A DNA stretch of 62,222 bases, counting the filler, from Fonticula-like sp. SCN 57-25 (lineage: Eukaryota): NCBI GenBank assembly GCA_001724245.1. It is 10 parts of 10 records of this genome, joined end to end, with 100 filler letters (N's around TTAATTAATTAA, not from the genome) between each part and the next. Parts side by side here need not be neighbours in the genome. Positions count along the whole stretch, not along the records: positions 5,106 to 14,914 come from MEDX01000651.1; positions 15,015 to 21,527 come from MEDX01000652.1; 8 more parts are not named here. The stretch is one strand, 5' to 3'. Below are positions 10,237 to 21,627 of this stretch, one piece after another. Under the pieces are notes generated by a model. It ran no database searches. It worked only from the letters and a program-made list of their open reading frames with translations, and was not told the origin of the DNA. The translations under genes were made by a program, and so were the position numbers. Numbering within the stretch: the first letter of the stretch is position 1; every line of letters starts with the position of its first letter.

Positions 10237-13200
10237 ATGGCCATGGAGATCGTGTTTGTCGTGAGCGACGGTGCGTGAAATGTTGCCTCGGCCCCTTTCC
10301 CGCGTGCTCATGCGAGTTGCAGCTCCGGTGAACCTTTTTGTGACGACGATGCTGACCCGGACGGCGGACGGCGGCATCACCCAGTCGTACTGCGAGAATG
10401 CGGGCGTCTTTTCACCGCGGCCGCAGCCCTACCGCTTTATTGTAAAAGATACGCCAAACATACCCGGAAGTTCCTTTACGCGCATCCAGTATCGGCTCGG
10501 GGTCCGCATCCACGCCGCAAACAACCCAGTGGCGCTGTTTGCCGCAGAGGTGCGCGATCTCGCCATGTTTTGCTGCGTTCTCATGCTTTTCTTTGCGCAG
10601 GCGCTTGTGTCGCAGCGCCGGGCGGCGATCATCTCGTCGCGCGACTCTGTTGAAAAGCCGCACGATGCGGCCGGTCCCAATTGTGTGTCGGTGCACTCTG
10701 CCAACGCCGAGTGGGACCGCGTGCCCAAGCAGACGCTGCCGGCGACAGACATCCCAGGCTGGACAACCATAGACTCGGTGCGCATCTAACTGCGCATCAT
10801 TTTGCTTATACTTTATGCAGCCTACGATGCCGACCTCGACGAAAAAGACGCCAAGCGAGGTCCTTCGTGACGTCAGGTGCGATTCTGGTCTATCATTGCA
10901 TTTCCCGCGCTCATTTTAATCGGTTTTCCCGCAGCTACTGGCTGTACTCTTCGAGCGTGGGCCAGTACTTTTCGAGCTACAACGACGAGCGCCACCGCTC
11001 GACGGACCTCAAGGCGACGTACACCTGCTCGCCCATCACGATGCTCGGCGTGACGTACGCATTTCAGCCGACCGAGCCGGCTCTCCCGCCGCCGCCCGCC
11101 GAGCCGCCGCTTGGCGTCGCCCCGCTTGACGCCGCGGGCGCTTCCCACAGCCACCACCACCACCCTCACCACGACGGCAAGAAGCGCCGCGGCCGTGAGA
11201 GTGGCCGCATCATTGTCCCCGCGCCTGTCCTCGCCGCCCCTCTGATCAACCCGCGCGGCGCCGGGTACCACACGAATGACTCTCGCCTTCGCCGCGTCGA
11301 GCCGCTCGGCGAGCTGTACTGCGTGCGACTCGTGTACGAGTACTCGCCTGCGCTGCCGCTCGACGCGATGCGGCTCGTCTGCGAGTGGCTGCGCACGCGC
11401 CGCTACGAGATTGTGTGGATCAACGACACGAACCTCGAGGCCGAGGAGATTCTCCCGACGCCGCGGCGCGGTAGCCTCCACCACAACACGCTGCTGCTAC
11501 GGATGGCGACCAAGCGCGGTGGCGCGGACGCAGTCATCGTCGACGCGGTCATCTTTGCGGCGGTGCGCTCGGGCAACGTCCTCGCATCGCTCCTCAAGCC
11601 CAACACGAGCAGCGACAATAGCGCGCGCGCCGCGGACGCCGTCCAGCTCATCGACAGGCTCATCCTCTTCCTCGACAGCACGGCGGCAGCGCGCGGGCGA
11701 GTCGTGTTCCGCGACGGGTTCAACGCGAACGTCATGCCAGAGGAGTCGGCGGAAAGGCTGCGGGCGCGCAGCAGCATTGACGTTGGCATTGATATCGATT
11801 TTGGCACTGGCTCGCCAAGACTAGAAGCAGGTCAAGAAGTGGACCAAGCACATGAACAAGAAGCGACACAAGTACAAGGTCAAGATGCTACAGATCATAA
11901 GGATACTATTAAACAAGACATGCAAGAAAAGGCTGCCGGCAATGCGGCTGATGACGCAAACACGATTGGCTCGCGCATCTCGGGCGACCTTCAAGTCATG
12001 CGCGACGGCGACGGCGGTGCGCTCTCTTAATGGCCGATGGTCCTCCCTTGCTGACACGATGTAGACTGGCGCGAAATCCATGTGGCACTTGATGAAGATG
12101 TGCTTACGTTTGGCGAGGGCGCCGACAGCACTTCGATCCAGCTCGGCATGGGACTTTTGTCGCTAAAGTGCGACGAGCCGCTGCGGTTTGATATGTGCGT
12201 CCATATTCAATTGTATGTAACCTTTTGGAACTAACTTGATGAAAAGTTTGTTTGGCGAGTCGCTGTTTCGGCTGCGCGCGGGCGGCGAGGTTGAGTACGA
12301 CCGGTGGCGGGGGTCGCTCGAGCGCCTCGTCAACTTTGTGAATCAGGGCGAGGACGCGCTGTCGCTGTCGGGCATCCAGGAGATGAAGCGTGATGTGGCA
12401 CAGGCGGCGGACAAGGTGGCCGAAGAAGAGTGGGACATGGTCGTGGCGCCGCCGTCGGGGTCGCCTCAGTACGTATTGAATTGAACATCAGTTAGTCGTG
12501 TGGAAAGTTTAGGTTTGATATAGGGTAGATTGTGATGTATTTTGCCCTGTGTTGTGTTGTGCTAAGCACAGATTGATCAATTTTGATATGTTTCTCACGT
12601 TGTTTCTTAGAATGCGCCGCTCTGCTGAAAGGAAGACCTCTTCCGCGCCAACTCTCCCCGCAATCCCCTCAAACATTGACATCGATGGTGCGCCTTTCCT
12701 TCCCTTCCCTCCCCCCTCTCACCCCCCCTTAGCAGCCATATCGACCTCTGCGAGCGTCGGCACACTCCCCCTGACGCCCATGTCGCACAACGAGCTTGTC
12801 CTCCTCTCCTTCCTGCGCGACTTTCAGAGCCGCTTCTGGATGACGTACCGCAAGGACTTTGCGCGTATTGAGCCTTCTTTCCTGACGAGCGACGTCGGGT
12901 GGGGGTGCATGCTGCGGTCGCTGCAGATGCTGCTGGCAGAGTCGTTTGGCAGGATCATGCTCGGGCGGCGTACGTGGCGGGAAGGAGAAGAAGGGAAAGG
13001 GCATGGGAATCAGAGGCATCAGGGTGGGAATCATGGGAATCAGGATGGGAACTATGGAAATGTTATAGTATGTATGGGTGAGGATATGGCACGTGGTACT
13101 TTGTATGTGTACACCGTATGAATACGTTACTTGTATATGTCCTAGTTATCTTTCTCTTTCTCTTTCCCTTTCCGTATCTGCCTTGCCAATCTCACTTTTC

Positions 13201-14084
13201 TTCTAGGCTGGCGCCTCCACTCGCAACAATCCCCCGCCGACCTCGCCGCCTACCAGCAGCTCCTCCTCCTCTTCAACGACAGCCCATCTTCCCGCAGCCC
13301 CTACTCCATCCACGCGCTCGCCCGCATGGGCGCCGCCGTCGACAAAAAGGTCGGCGAGTGGTTCGGCCCGGTCACCGCAGCGTACGTCGCAAGGAGGCTT
13401 ATTGATCGCCACGTGGCCTCGCCGGTGAGGGTGTACGTCAACCAGGAGCAGACGGTGTACAAGGACCTTGCTGTGCACGTGGCCACCTCATCGGGGGCTG
13501 CTGGGACGAAGGGCTCGAATTTGGGGTTGAATCAGGGGTCGATGTCTGCATCTGCTGCATCGGCATCGGCATTCAAGCCGCTACTTTTACTGCTTCCTGT
13601 AAGGCTCGGGATTGAACAGCTCAATGCCGTCTACATTCCTTTCGTGCGCGAGTGTCTTTCCCTTCCGCAGTCGGTCGGGATCGCCGGCGGCAAGCCGTGC
13701 CGGTCTCTCTTCTTTGTCGCGCACCAGGACGAGGAGATCTTTTACCTCGACCCGCACGTACCGCAAACAGCAGGTCACGTGGATGAGCAGCGCATCTTTC
13801 CTGTTGACTCTTACCACTGCAGCAGCGTGCGCGCCACCGAGATCAGGCGGATCGACCCGACGATGCTGATCGCGTTCCTGTGCGAGACGAGGGAGAGCCT
13901 CGACGACTTTTGTGAGAGGATGACCAAGTTTAACGAAAAGGCCGCGGCGAGTGGCGGGACGGCGTGCATCCACGTGGTTGAGGAGGCGCCGCCGTTTGTG
14001 AGGGACGCCGAGATCACGATGAGGCAGGTGAAGGGGAGCCCGGCTATGCAGGCGGTCGAGTCGACCGACTTTGAGATCTTGTAA
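10237..14084 (+). CDS. ATG4: ATG4 cysteine protease (peptidase C54) with long N-terminal extension and PH-like domain; 9 predicted exons, ~1054 aa
   Basis: The C54 motifs [35 protein letters not shown] and the C-terminal DFEIL are clear (12611-14084). Upstream exons 10237-10270, 10323-10549, 10601-10777, 10821-10876, 10935-12016, 12065-12194 and 12247-12468 join in phase through GT-AG introns. The fusion is predicted only. Confidence 0.75.
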
Positions 14085-14612
14085 TGTAGAGCATCATATA
14101 TTATTATTGTGTACATAGTCAGCATATGGATAGTAGATTAGGTTAATATATGTGGATATATTTATATCATGACTATTGAATATTAAAAGGCTGCGGATAG
14201 TGTGTTTAGACAGAAAGGAATACGAGCGGACATACATGTCACGTGACAATATATGATTTTGGTTGATTTTTGGGTCCAGTTGTCGCTTTCTAATGGCTTT
14301 CAAATATCAGCCGTGTATATTTAACATGTATATACGTTCTGTTACAGTCGCGTGTTTTGAATCCTAAAAAATCTGGAGCAAATATGCCACAGAAATAGAG
14401 TATCCAGTTGGTCTCAAATGTGTTCCTCCTGGTAGTCGAAGACGATGTAATACGAAAAACAGGGGGGAGTGCTGATATCGCTTATTTAAGCGAATATTCT
14501 AGACCGCCTTCCTTCCAAGCACCAGAAACATGCATGATATTAGACCACTTTATCGCTCTACTTTATTACCACTCGCCCAAACGTTTCCCGCCATTTTTCA
14601 CTAGATCACGTG

Positions 14613-14881
14613 ATGCCACCCAAGAAGGCTGCGGCCGCATCGGGCGGTACGTGCCCCTCTGCCTGCCTCCCACCCGTGTGCTCACCTCCCTGCGCCCCCA
14701 GGCGATGACGGTGGCTCCTCGAAAGGCGGCAAGCTGAAGCCCGCGACCAAGATCAAGGTGCGCCACATCCTCTGCGAGAAGCAGGGCAAGGTGCTCGAGG
14801 CCCTCGCCAAGCTCAAGGAGTCCAAGATCCCCTTCGACAAGGTCGCTGAGCAGTACAGCGAGGACAAGGCGCGCCAAGGCG
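14613..14881 (+). CDS. PIN4: Parvulin PPIase Par14, partial
   Basis: MPPKKAA... then intron, then [19 protein letters not shown]...[16 protein letters not shown]. Confidence 0.9.
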
Positions 14882-15014
14882 GTGCGTTTTAGCATGAGTT
14901 GACGATAAAATATANNNNNNNNNNNNNNNNNNNNNNNNNNNNNNNNNNNNNNNNNNNNTTAATTAATTAANNNNNNNNNNNNNNNNNNNNNNNNNNNNNN
15001 NNNNNNNNNNNNNN

Positions 15015-16075
15015 TGAAGATATAACTCAACTCCATTTCTTGACTGAGTGCAAGCGACTGTACAGTTTATCATTGGAGGGGAACAAGGTTGCCAATATGT
15101 ATGAATATCGAAACACTGTTCGCGATTGTATCCCACAGCTTCATCTTCTGGATGAAAAACCACTGAATGAAGAAATTCATGTTTCCCATCAATCCCCAAC
15201 AAAGGAGAATATCCTCCAACTAGAACAAGAATTGTTGCAACAATCCATCAAATATGCCAATATTGAATCAGTAGAAGAAACAAGGCTCTCCAAAGAGCCA
15301 ATCATTATTGCCATGACACCTCGTCTCTCTGCAGAGCAAATGATTGATCGTGCTAAGAGGCCATCATCATCCATTGGGTTTACAAGACCTACAACCCCAG
15401 CTTTCGATTTACAAACTTCCCGACCTAGGACACCTATTCAATTAACTCCCAGGCCTCAAAGTGCCCGAAGTATGTTCAGTAACAACCATGGGATACTGAC
15501 ACTCTTTAGTATCGTCAAGTCATGAACGATATGGCTCTACAGCGCAGGGGAACCTTTCAACAAGCAAGGATACCATTTATCCATCAAATGATTCAAGTAG
15601 TAGCTTAACATTCGGGTCTAAGCAAGTGATATGTGGTAATCCTGTGAGATCGCTGCGCTCTAGAAGGATTGAGAAAATGAGTGCCGAATCTGACCTTGGC
15701 CTCTCTCATGAAAAGTTGCTCTTTGCCGTGATGTCACAGAAGGGAGATATTCAACAACCAGAAGATGATCTGTTTTCTGAGCTCTCTGAAAATGAGGAAC
15801 TTGCGCAGTTGAGCAACAACCTTAAGATACAGTTTACTGAAACAACACAATCCATTCCTTTACAAAGTATTCCACTGGTAGAAAGCCTCTTCCCATCGAA
15901 ACCGAATTCCTCCACCTCAACTAAAAATCACAACAGAATGAAAGAGCAGTGTGAAACAAATGGGGAAAGATCAGAAACAATATCAAATTCCCAGCAAAAT
16001 TCAGCATTACTCTCTGATGACCCATTGGCTCCTACTGTTGGGAGGTTAAGACCCAAGAGGGCTGCTGCAAAGTAG
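15015..16075 (+). CDS. Leucine-rich repeat protein, LRRC56/ODA8-like, 5'-truncated
   Basis: LRR cap (LYSLSLEGNKV...YR..V...IPQLHLLD); 40-nt intron 15470-15509; SSLTFGS..ICGNPVRSLRSRR motif. Confidence 0.65.
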
Positions 16076-16098
16076 AGAAAAATAGAAACAGAAATTCT

Positions 16099-17730
16099 CT
16101 ATTTTTTCTTCTTTATTGCACCAGTCAAATCTGCAATCTTCTTTTTTACGTCCTTCTTGGTGTCCTTCCTTTTGGCAGCCTCCTTTGCAATGACTTGTTG
16201 TGGTATTTGCACTGGTTTTTGAGTGAGCACTGGTTGTACTGGAGGCGGTACAACAATAGATGGTTCTTCTTCTTCAATATCCTGTGTTTCTTCTAAATCG
16301 ATGTGTTGAGCTGATACTGCAGTGACAACAGTTGGTGACACTACCGGTTCTGCAACCGCAAATGATGCTGGTACAGCATTCTTTGTCGATGGACTCTTAG
16401 TAGATCCACTCCTAGTTATCCCTTGGTTCTTAATTGTCCGTTTATCCACTAGTTCCACAATGGCTGCTTCCTTCTTCTTGGTAATTACGAGTTGCTGTGT
16501 TTGCTGCTCTTCGTAGTTCTCTTCATCAAGAGATGATGTTGCATTTAGCAGCATTTGCTCATCTTGGTCAAGATCTACTGGAGTCTGTTGCTCTGATGAT
16601 ACCATTGGTTTCACTCTTTCGTATTGCGGTAATCGCATCTTTTGTCTCTCTTCCTCATCACGTTTCAGTGCAGCCTTTAACAGATCGTAAATTTCATGTG
16701 CCTTCACTTTTGCAATCTTTGTGCACTTGACTATCTGTTCCACACTCAGAGGCATCCCACCACCCTTCTGAATTGCACAAATCTCATCCTGCACATTCAT
16801 TGCTACAGTCATGGAACCGTGCATCACTAACTCCTCCTTCAATAATGGATCCACAATTATTGCACATTCACTCTCCACATGATCCACATTACTGCCACCA
16901 CTCTCCACATGATCCACATTACTACCACTGTCACCTTCCATATAACTGACACCAGATTCCAGTAGCTTAACAAATCCAAACGACACACAAATTGGCACAT
17001 GATGCACGGTGAGTGGCACCGCCTCTCGCTGATCGAGCGGATGCACCGTGAAAGAGCCCCCCTCGCCAACACTCACATCCGGTCTGCGACAATGGAGCAC
17101 ACTCGCCAGCGCCGCGAGGTACGCCGCGTCCACCGCGTTCCCGCAGTCGTCCAGCACACACACCTCTACTCGCACGTTCCACACGCGCTTCCCTGCGACC
17201 ACGCACAGGGCCTCCGTGTCGACCGCGCGGCTCCCGCGAAGCACGCGGTCCAGCAGACGCGCAAGTTCCATCTCGCGCTCGCTTCGCGCACGCTTCCCGC
17301 TGAGCGCATCGCGCGCAACCCTCTGCCCGCTCGTCGGTGCGAACTGCACGTGGAACGAGAGGAGTCCCTCGGTCGGTCGCTCAGCGTAGGGCTCTGCAAG
17401 TGTGCATGAAGTGGACGCGGAAACACGCGTTGCACCTAACGTCACTTCGACCTGGCTGTTCACACTGGATACATTCCATTGTTGCTGTAGTGGTGAAATT
17501 TGCTGCTGCTGTTGCAATGGTGGTGTTGATGAAATTTGTTCCATTTGTTGAAATTTGTTGAGATTTGTTGGGAAAAGGTAATTATTGGGGATTGTGCGGA
17601 AGCGGAAGTCGATGCTGCGCATGTCGAATGCTGTTCGACCATCGATTCGCACAGTGTCCTGTGGGTGAGTGCGTAATGTTGATACGATGAACTGCTCCTC
17701 GTTTCGGGAGACACTCTGCTGTTTATTCAT
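16099..17730 (-). CDS. EXOSC9: Exosome RNase PH subunit Rrp45
   Basis: RIDGRTAFDMR, PYAERPTEG, SRAVDTEALCVVAGKRVW, DDCGNAVDA, HHVPICVSF, EICAIQKGGG. Confidence 0.93.
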   Translation of the reverse strand: MNKQQSVSRNEEQFIVSTLRTHPQDTVRIDGRTAFDMRSIDFRFRTIPNNYLFPTNLNKFQQMEQISSTPPLQQQQQISPLQQQWNVSSVNSQVEVTLGATRVSASTSCTLAEPYAERPTEGLLSFHVQFAPTSGQRVARDALSGKRARSEREMELARLLDRVLRGSRAVDTEALCVVAGKRVWNVRVEVCVLDDCGNAVDAAYLAALASVLHCRRPDVSVGEGGSFTVHPLDQREAVPLTVHHVPICVSFGFVKLLESGVSYMEGDSGSNVDHVESGGSNVDHVESECAIIVDPLLKEELVMHGSMTVAMNVQDEICAIQKGGGMPLSVEQIVKCTKIAKVKAHEIYDLLKAALKRDEEERQKMRLPQYERVKPMVSSEQQTPVDLDQDEQMLLNATSSLDEENYEEQQTQQLVITKKKEAAIVELVDKRTIKNQGITRSGSTKSPSTKNAVPASFAVAEPVVSPTVVTAVSAQHIDLEETQDIEEEEPSIVVPPPVQPVLTQKPVQIPQQVIAKEAAKRKDTKKDVKKKIADLTGAIKKKK

Positions 17731-17922
17731 GCAAAAAAACTGGTTTTGGCGCAAATATTTTGTAAGTCAACTGGGGTGAATTATTGTAACTTACCAATCT
17801 TGAAACTTGGATTTCCAAATTCTTGCAACTTGTTCACACTGAACCCATTAGATGACTGCAACAATTGACTGGATATTGTAATTCAACGAACAAGTTGACT
17901 TTTAAAAAAACAGCACTAGAGC

Positions 17923-19821
17923 ATGTCAGAGTACTGGGTGTCAGGGAAGAAGTACTACTGCGAGTACTGCCGCCTGTTCATTGCGGATAACGCAGCGCAG
18001 CGAAAGCAGCATGAGGGGACAGCGCGCCACAAGAACAGCATGCAGCAATTTCTGGTGCAGCAGCGCAAGCAGAAGCGACAGGAGGCGCGCGAGCAGCAAG
18101 CACTGCAAATTGAAATGGCGCGCATCGAACAGGCCGCCGCTGTTGCGCACGAGAACCTCGATGTGGACAGAAATTTTGCGGTTCCGAGCGGCCAGGCGCT
18201 TCCACTACCGATGATCGGCGCAGCACCAGTGTTTACCAACATTCAGCAGCAACAAGAAGAACAAGTGTCACACCAACAAACACAAGTGTCACACCAACAA
18301 ACACAAGTGTCACACCGACAAACACAGAGGTTTGACAATCGGCCACACGAAGAGCAGAATAGGAGAGTTGGTGAACTGAAGAACAAGGGAGAGGAGTTGA
18401 AGAGGAGGGAGGAAGAGTTGAAGAAGAGAGTTGAAGAAGAGAAGAAGATGAGGGAAGAAGAGCTCATGAAGCGCTATTATGAGGACTATTACAAACAATA
18501 CTATCAACAATACTATGCACAAAGTGCAACTGCAATGCATGCTGCAGCCGCAGCCGCAGCAGCTGCGCAATGTGGGATTACTTGGCCAACAAATAATGAC
18601 CATGTGCAGCCACTTCCCCCAGCAGATGAACAATACAATAATCAACTCGCTCATTCACAACAGGAACAGCAATTACCAGCAGCAGTTAAAGTGCAAGAAC
18701 AAGAACAATCTCCAGAACAAGGACAAATTCAATCTCCAGAACAAGAACAAGAACAATCTCCAAAACAGGAACAAATATTTGCGCAACCACAATCTCCACA
18801 ACAAATATCCCATGTATCACCAGTATCCCAAACATTACCAGCACAACCTCAATCACCACTGGACCGCAAGGACTCATCAAACCTCTTGGATAAGGATGAG
18901 GAGATATCTTATGTCCCACCTAGTGACCATAGGCAGCAAACAGCAAGAGACAAGTTTAATTTTCAGTATTACAATGACCCAGAGTTTTTCTTTTCGGAGG
19001 CAGCAGATCAGTTGGAGCAGGAAGTGGAACAGGAAAAGGAGAGAGAACAGGTTCGTGCAGAAAAGAGTAAACAAATGGCAAAAGAGTTGCAACGAGAACA
19101 CAAAAGACAGGACAAGATTGCTGCCAAGAAACGATACTATGCCCAGTTTGAAAACTCACATTCAACAGCAAATGGAATTGGACAATGGCAATCAGTCAGT
19201 GCAGAAGTTATACCCAATAGTATTGGTGATGTTTGCATCGAGCAACCATCAACTGCAGTTGGATCAACGGTTGCACAACCATCAAATACAGTAGCTGCAT
19301 CTGCAGCTGCAATGCTCGCAGCAATACCAAATACCTTTTCACAGAAGGTACAGACAGAGGAATCAGCTGGAAAGCTAATTCTTCCAGCAGCATTTCGAAC
19401 ACGAAACATGGATCACTTGCTCAGAAAGGATGACACAGAGGACCCAGAATTGAAAGAACAACATGGGTGGAGAAATGAGCCAGAAATGAGTGATGATGAA
19501 GACGAACTGGCTCAGCAAACCATTGTCAGACAATATGACTATAATTTGTACAAGAGACGACGAGGAGAACATGTGACACAAACCCAACAGCAACAACACT
19601 ACCACCAACAGCAACAACCCACTACAAAACGAATCAAACTGGACAAACAAGAAGAACAACAACAAGAGATTGTAAGAGTGAAACGAGAGCCTGAGAATGT
19701 GCAACAGCAGCAGCAGGAAACAGCTCTCTCCTTTTCACTTCAGACAATAATAGAACCGAAGAATATCTCCTCACTAGAAGAAGATGAGGAGACCACCAGC
19801 AACGTGTTTGGTGACGACTAG
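17923..19821 (+). CDS. U1-type zinc-finger protein (WBP4/FBP21-like N-terminus), Q-rich
   Basis: MSEYWVSGKKYYCEYCRLFIADN...HEGTARHK; the remainder is low complexity with a QVSHQQT x3 repeat. Confidence 0.75.
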   Translation: MSEYWVSGKKYYCEYCRLFIADNAAQRKQHEGTARHKNSMQQFLVQQRKQKRQEAREQQALQIEMARIEQAAAVAHENLDVDRNFAVPSGQALPLPMIGAAPVFTNIQQQQEEQVSHQQTQVSHQQTQVSHRQTQRFDNRPHEEQNRRVGELKNKGEELKRREEELKKRVEEEKKMREEELMKRYYEDYYKQYYQQYYAQSATAMHAAAAAAAAAQCGITWPTNNDHVQPLPPADEQYNNQLAHSQQEQQLPAAVKVQEQEQSPEQGQIQSPEQEQEQSPKQEQIFAQPQSPQQISHVSPVSQTLPAQPQSPLDRKDSSNLLDKDEEISYVPPSDHRQQTARDKFNFQYYNDPEFFFSEAADQLEQEVEQEKEREQVRAEKSKQMAKELQREHKRQDKIAAKKRYYAQFENSHSTANGIGQWQSVSAEVIPNSIGDVCIEQPSTAVGSTVAQPSNTVAASAAAMLAAIPNTFSQKVQTEESAGKLILPAAFRTRNMDHLLRKDDTEDPELKEQHGWRNEPEMSDDEDELAQQTIVRQYDYNLYKRRRGEHVTQTQQQQHYHQQQQPTTKRIKLDKQEEQQQEIVRVKREPENVQQQQQETALSFSLQTIIEPKNISSLEEDEETTSNVFGDD

Positions 19822-20057
19822 CAGATGATCCAATAAATCTCACAACTAAATTGGAACCCTTCATCTTCGTGAAACGCAAGGTCACCAACCAATACGCCAA
19901 AGTTCCAATGGTCAACCAAACCTGCCACTTCAACTTGCGTAAAATTGTCTTCAACCTCACTCGCATGCAAACGGAGGAAATCAAGAGANNNNNNNNNNNN
20001 NNNNNNNNNNNNNNNNNNNNNNNNNNNNNNNNNNNNNNNNNNNNNNNNNNNNNNNNN

Positions 20058-20622
20058 AATTGTGCTCGACATTGACGAGACGCTTGTTACACGCGTGAAA
20101 AAAGAGGAGGTCGGGGCCATTCGGATGACAAAATCAGTGTACGTGAAGCCAAGGCCCTTGTTGAAGCAATTTATTGCGGGCATTGAGTCGCTGCGTTTTG
20201 ATATTGTAATATGGACCGCAGGAGCCAAATCCTACGCGGAAGCTATTGCGTCCCACTTTTGCATTCAAAGTGCACAGATCCTTGGCGGCGATTCCTGCAC
20301 ATTGGTCGGGAATAATGTTCTCGTAAAAGATCTACGCAAGTTGACCAAATGGTCACCAGAAAACGTGTTGATTATCGACAACTGTACCACTTGTTTTGCT
20401 GAACAGCCACTGAATGGGCTCCAGATACCAGCTTATCTTGGAGATGACGATGATGACTTCTTGGAATTGGTGCTGGATCATGTGCGCATGTTTGCCATGC
20501 GTGACTTAGCTTCAGTTATCTGCAGCTTCAAGAAGCAAATCCAATATTTACAATTGGACGACTTTGGCTTAGTAACAGTTACAGATGATAGTGATGAACC
20601 GGACGACCACCACTATGCGTAA
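20058..20622 (+). CDS. FCP1/SCP-like HAD phosphatase (NIF domain); 5' end in or before the N gap
   Basis: IVLDIDETLV (DxDxT), VKPRP, IWTAGAKSYA, VKDL, IIDN, PLNG. Confidence 0.88.
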
Positions 20623-20843
20623 CATCCCAGTTAATATTATTTTGTAAATTACACATGTCCAAATATTATAACGTTGTTTGTACAAAGACTCCAGTATGCG
20701 TAGTACTCGATGTGACAACAATCTACAGATGGATAGCATGTAACATATTGTTCCTTGTGAGGCTGTTTCCCTCATTCCATTTTTGGGACAAATATGAGTA
20801 TCTTGTTTCCTCTAACTACTTCATCCACAACGGGTTTTGCATT

Positions 20844-21500
20844 TCACATTGGTGCATCATTACTTCCCCCATGAACAATCTGTTCCTTGATCTCGTTGGC
20901 TATTTTCACAATTGCAGCTGTGTTACTGATAAATTGGTGCAACACACCGTGCTCATGCGGTGTGCTTGTTACGCCAGCTGAGAAAGGAATTACTGCATCC
21001 TTCGCTCTATGAAAGGCAAATGGTAACGGGAGCATAAATTTCAAATGTTGTTTGCTGGATGATCTCAACAAAGGTTCCACTTTCACCTTCCAATATTCGT
21101 GTTCATACGACTGCTTCACTGAAATGCTCCTCACTACACTGGGCTCCCATCCAGTAGCAGCTGAGAGGGTGCCTGAAGATACAGAGGAAGAAGCAGCAAG
21201 TGCTTTGTTTGTCCACACAACTTCTCCAATCTTAAATTGCGAGTCTGTGGACAAGTCTAGTCGTATGAGGGTATCAGAGCGACTCGTAATGTAGAGTGCT
21301 TGGTTGACTGGATCGTAGAGACTACGGCAAATCTCTGCGGGGGAGTGTTCAAACCACTTTACCTGGAGCGTAAGAGACAGAGGCTCCGTGGAGTGAAATG
21401 GCCTTGTTCTGCTTACTCTATGAGAAACAGTGGTACCATTCTGCTCATTACCATCTCGAGTGTCTCCTCGCCTCCACACTTGTACAGCTGGGCCGTTCAT
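20844..21500 (-). CDS. Hypothetical protein, probably a 3' part
   Basis: 218-codon ORF in AT-richer sequence near the contig edge; no recognisable motif. Confidence 0.4.
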   Translation of the reverse strand: MNGPAVQVWRRGDTRDGNEQNGTTVSHRVSRTRPFHSTEPLSLTLQVKWFEHSPAEICRSLYDPVNQALYITSRSDTLIRLDLSTDSQFKIGEVVWTNKALAASSSVSSGTLSAATGWEPSVVRSISVKQSYEHEYWKVKVEPLLRSSSKQHLKFMLPLPFAFHRAKDAVIPFSAGVTSTPHEHGVLHQFISNTAAIVKIANEIKEQIVHGGSNDAPM

Positions 21501-21627
21501 TATGATTACCTTAACAGGGTCACAATGNNNNNNNNNNNNNNNNNNNNNNNNNNNNNNNNNNNNNNNNNNNNTTAATTAATTAANNNNNNNNNNNNNNNNN
21601 NNNNNNNNNNNNNNNNNNNNNNNNNNN

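Noticed and set aside
15520-15630. Stop-codon readthrough or recoding between ORFs 15040-15525 and 15626-16075
   Set aside because: Explained by a canonical 40-nt intron (15470-15509).
19989-20057. 69-N run as a contig spacer, or a WBP4-phosphatase fusion
   Set aside because: It lacks the linker, so it is a scaffold gap; the WBP4-like ORF has its own stop at 19821.
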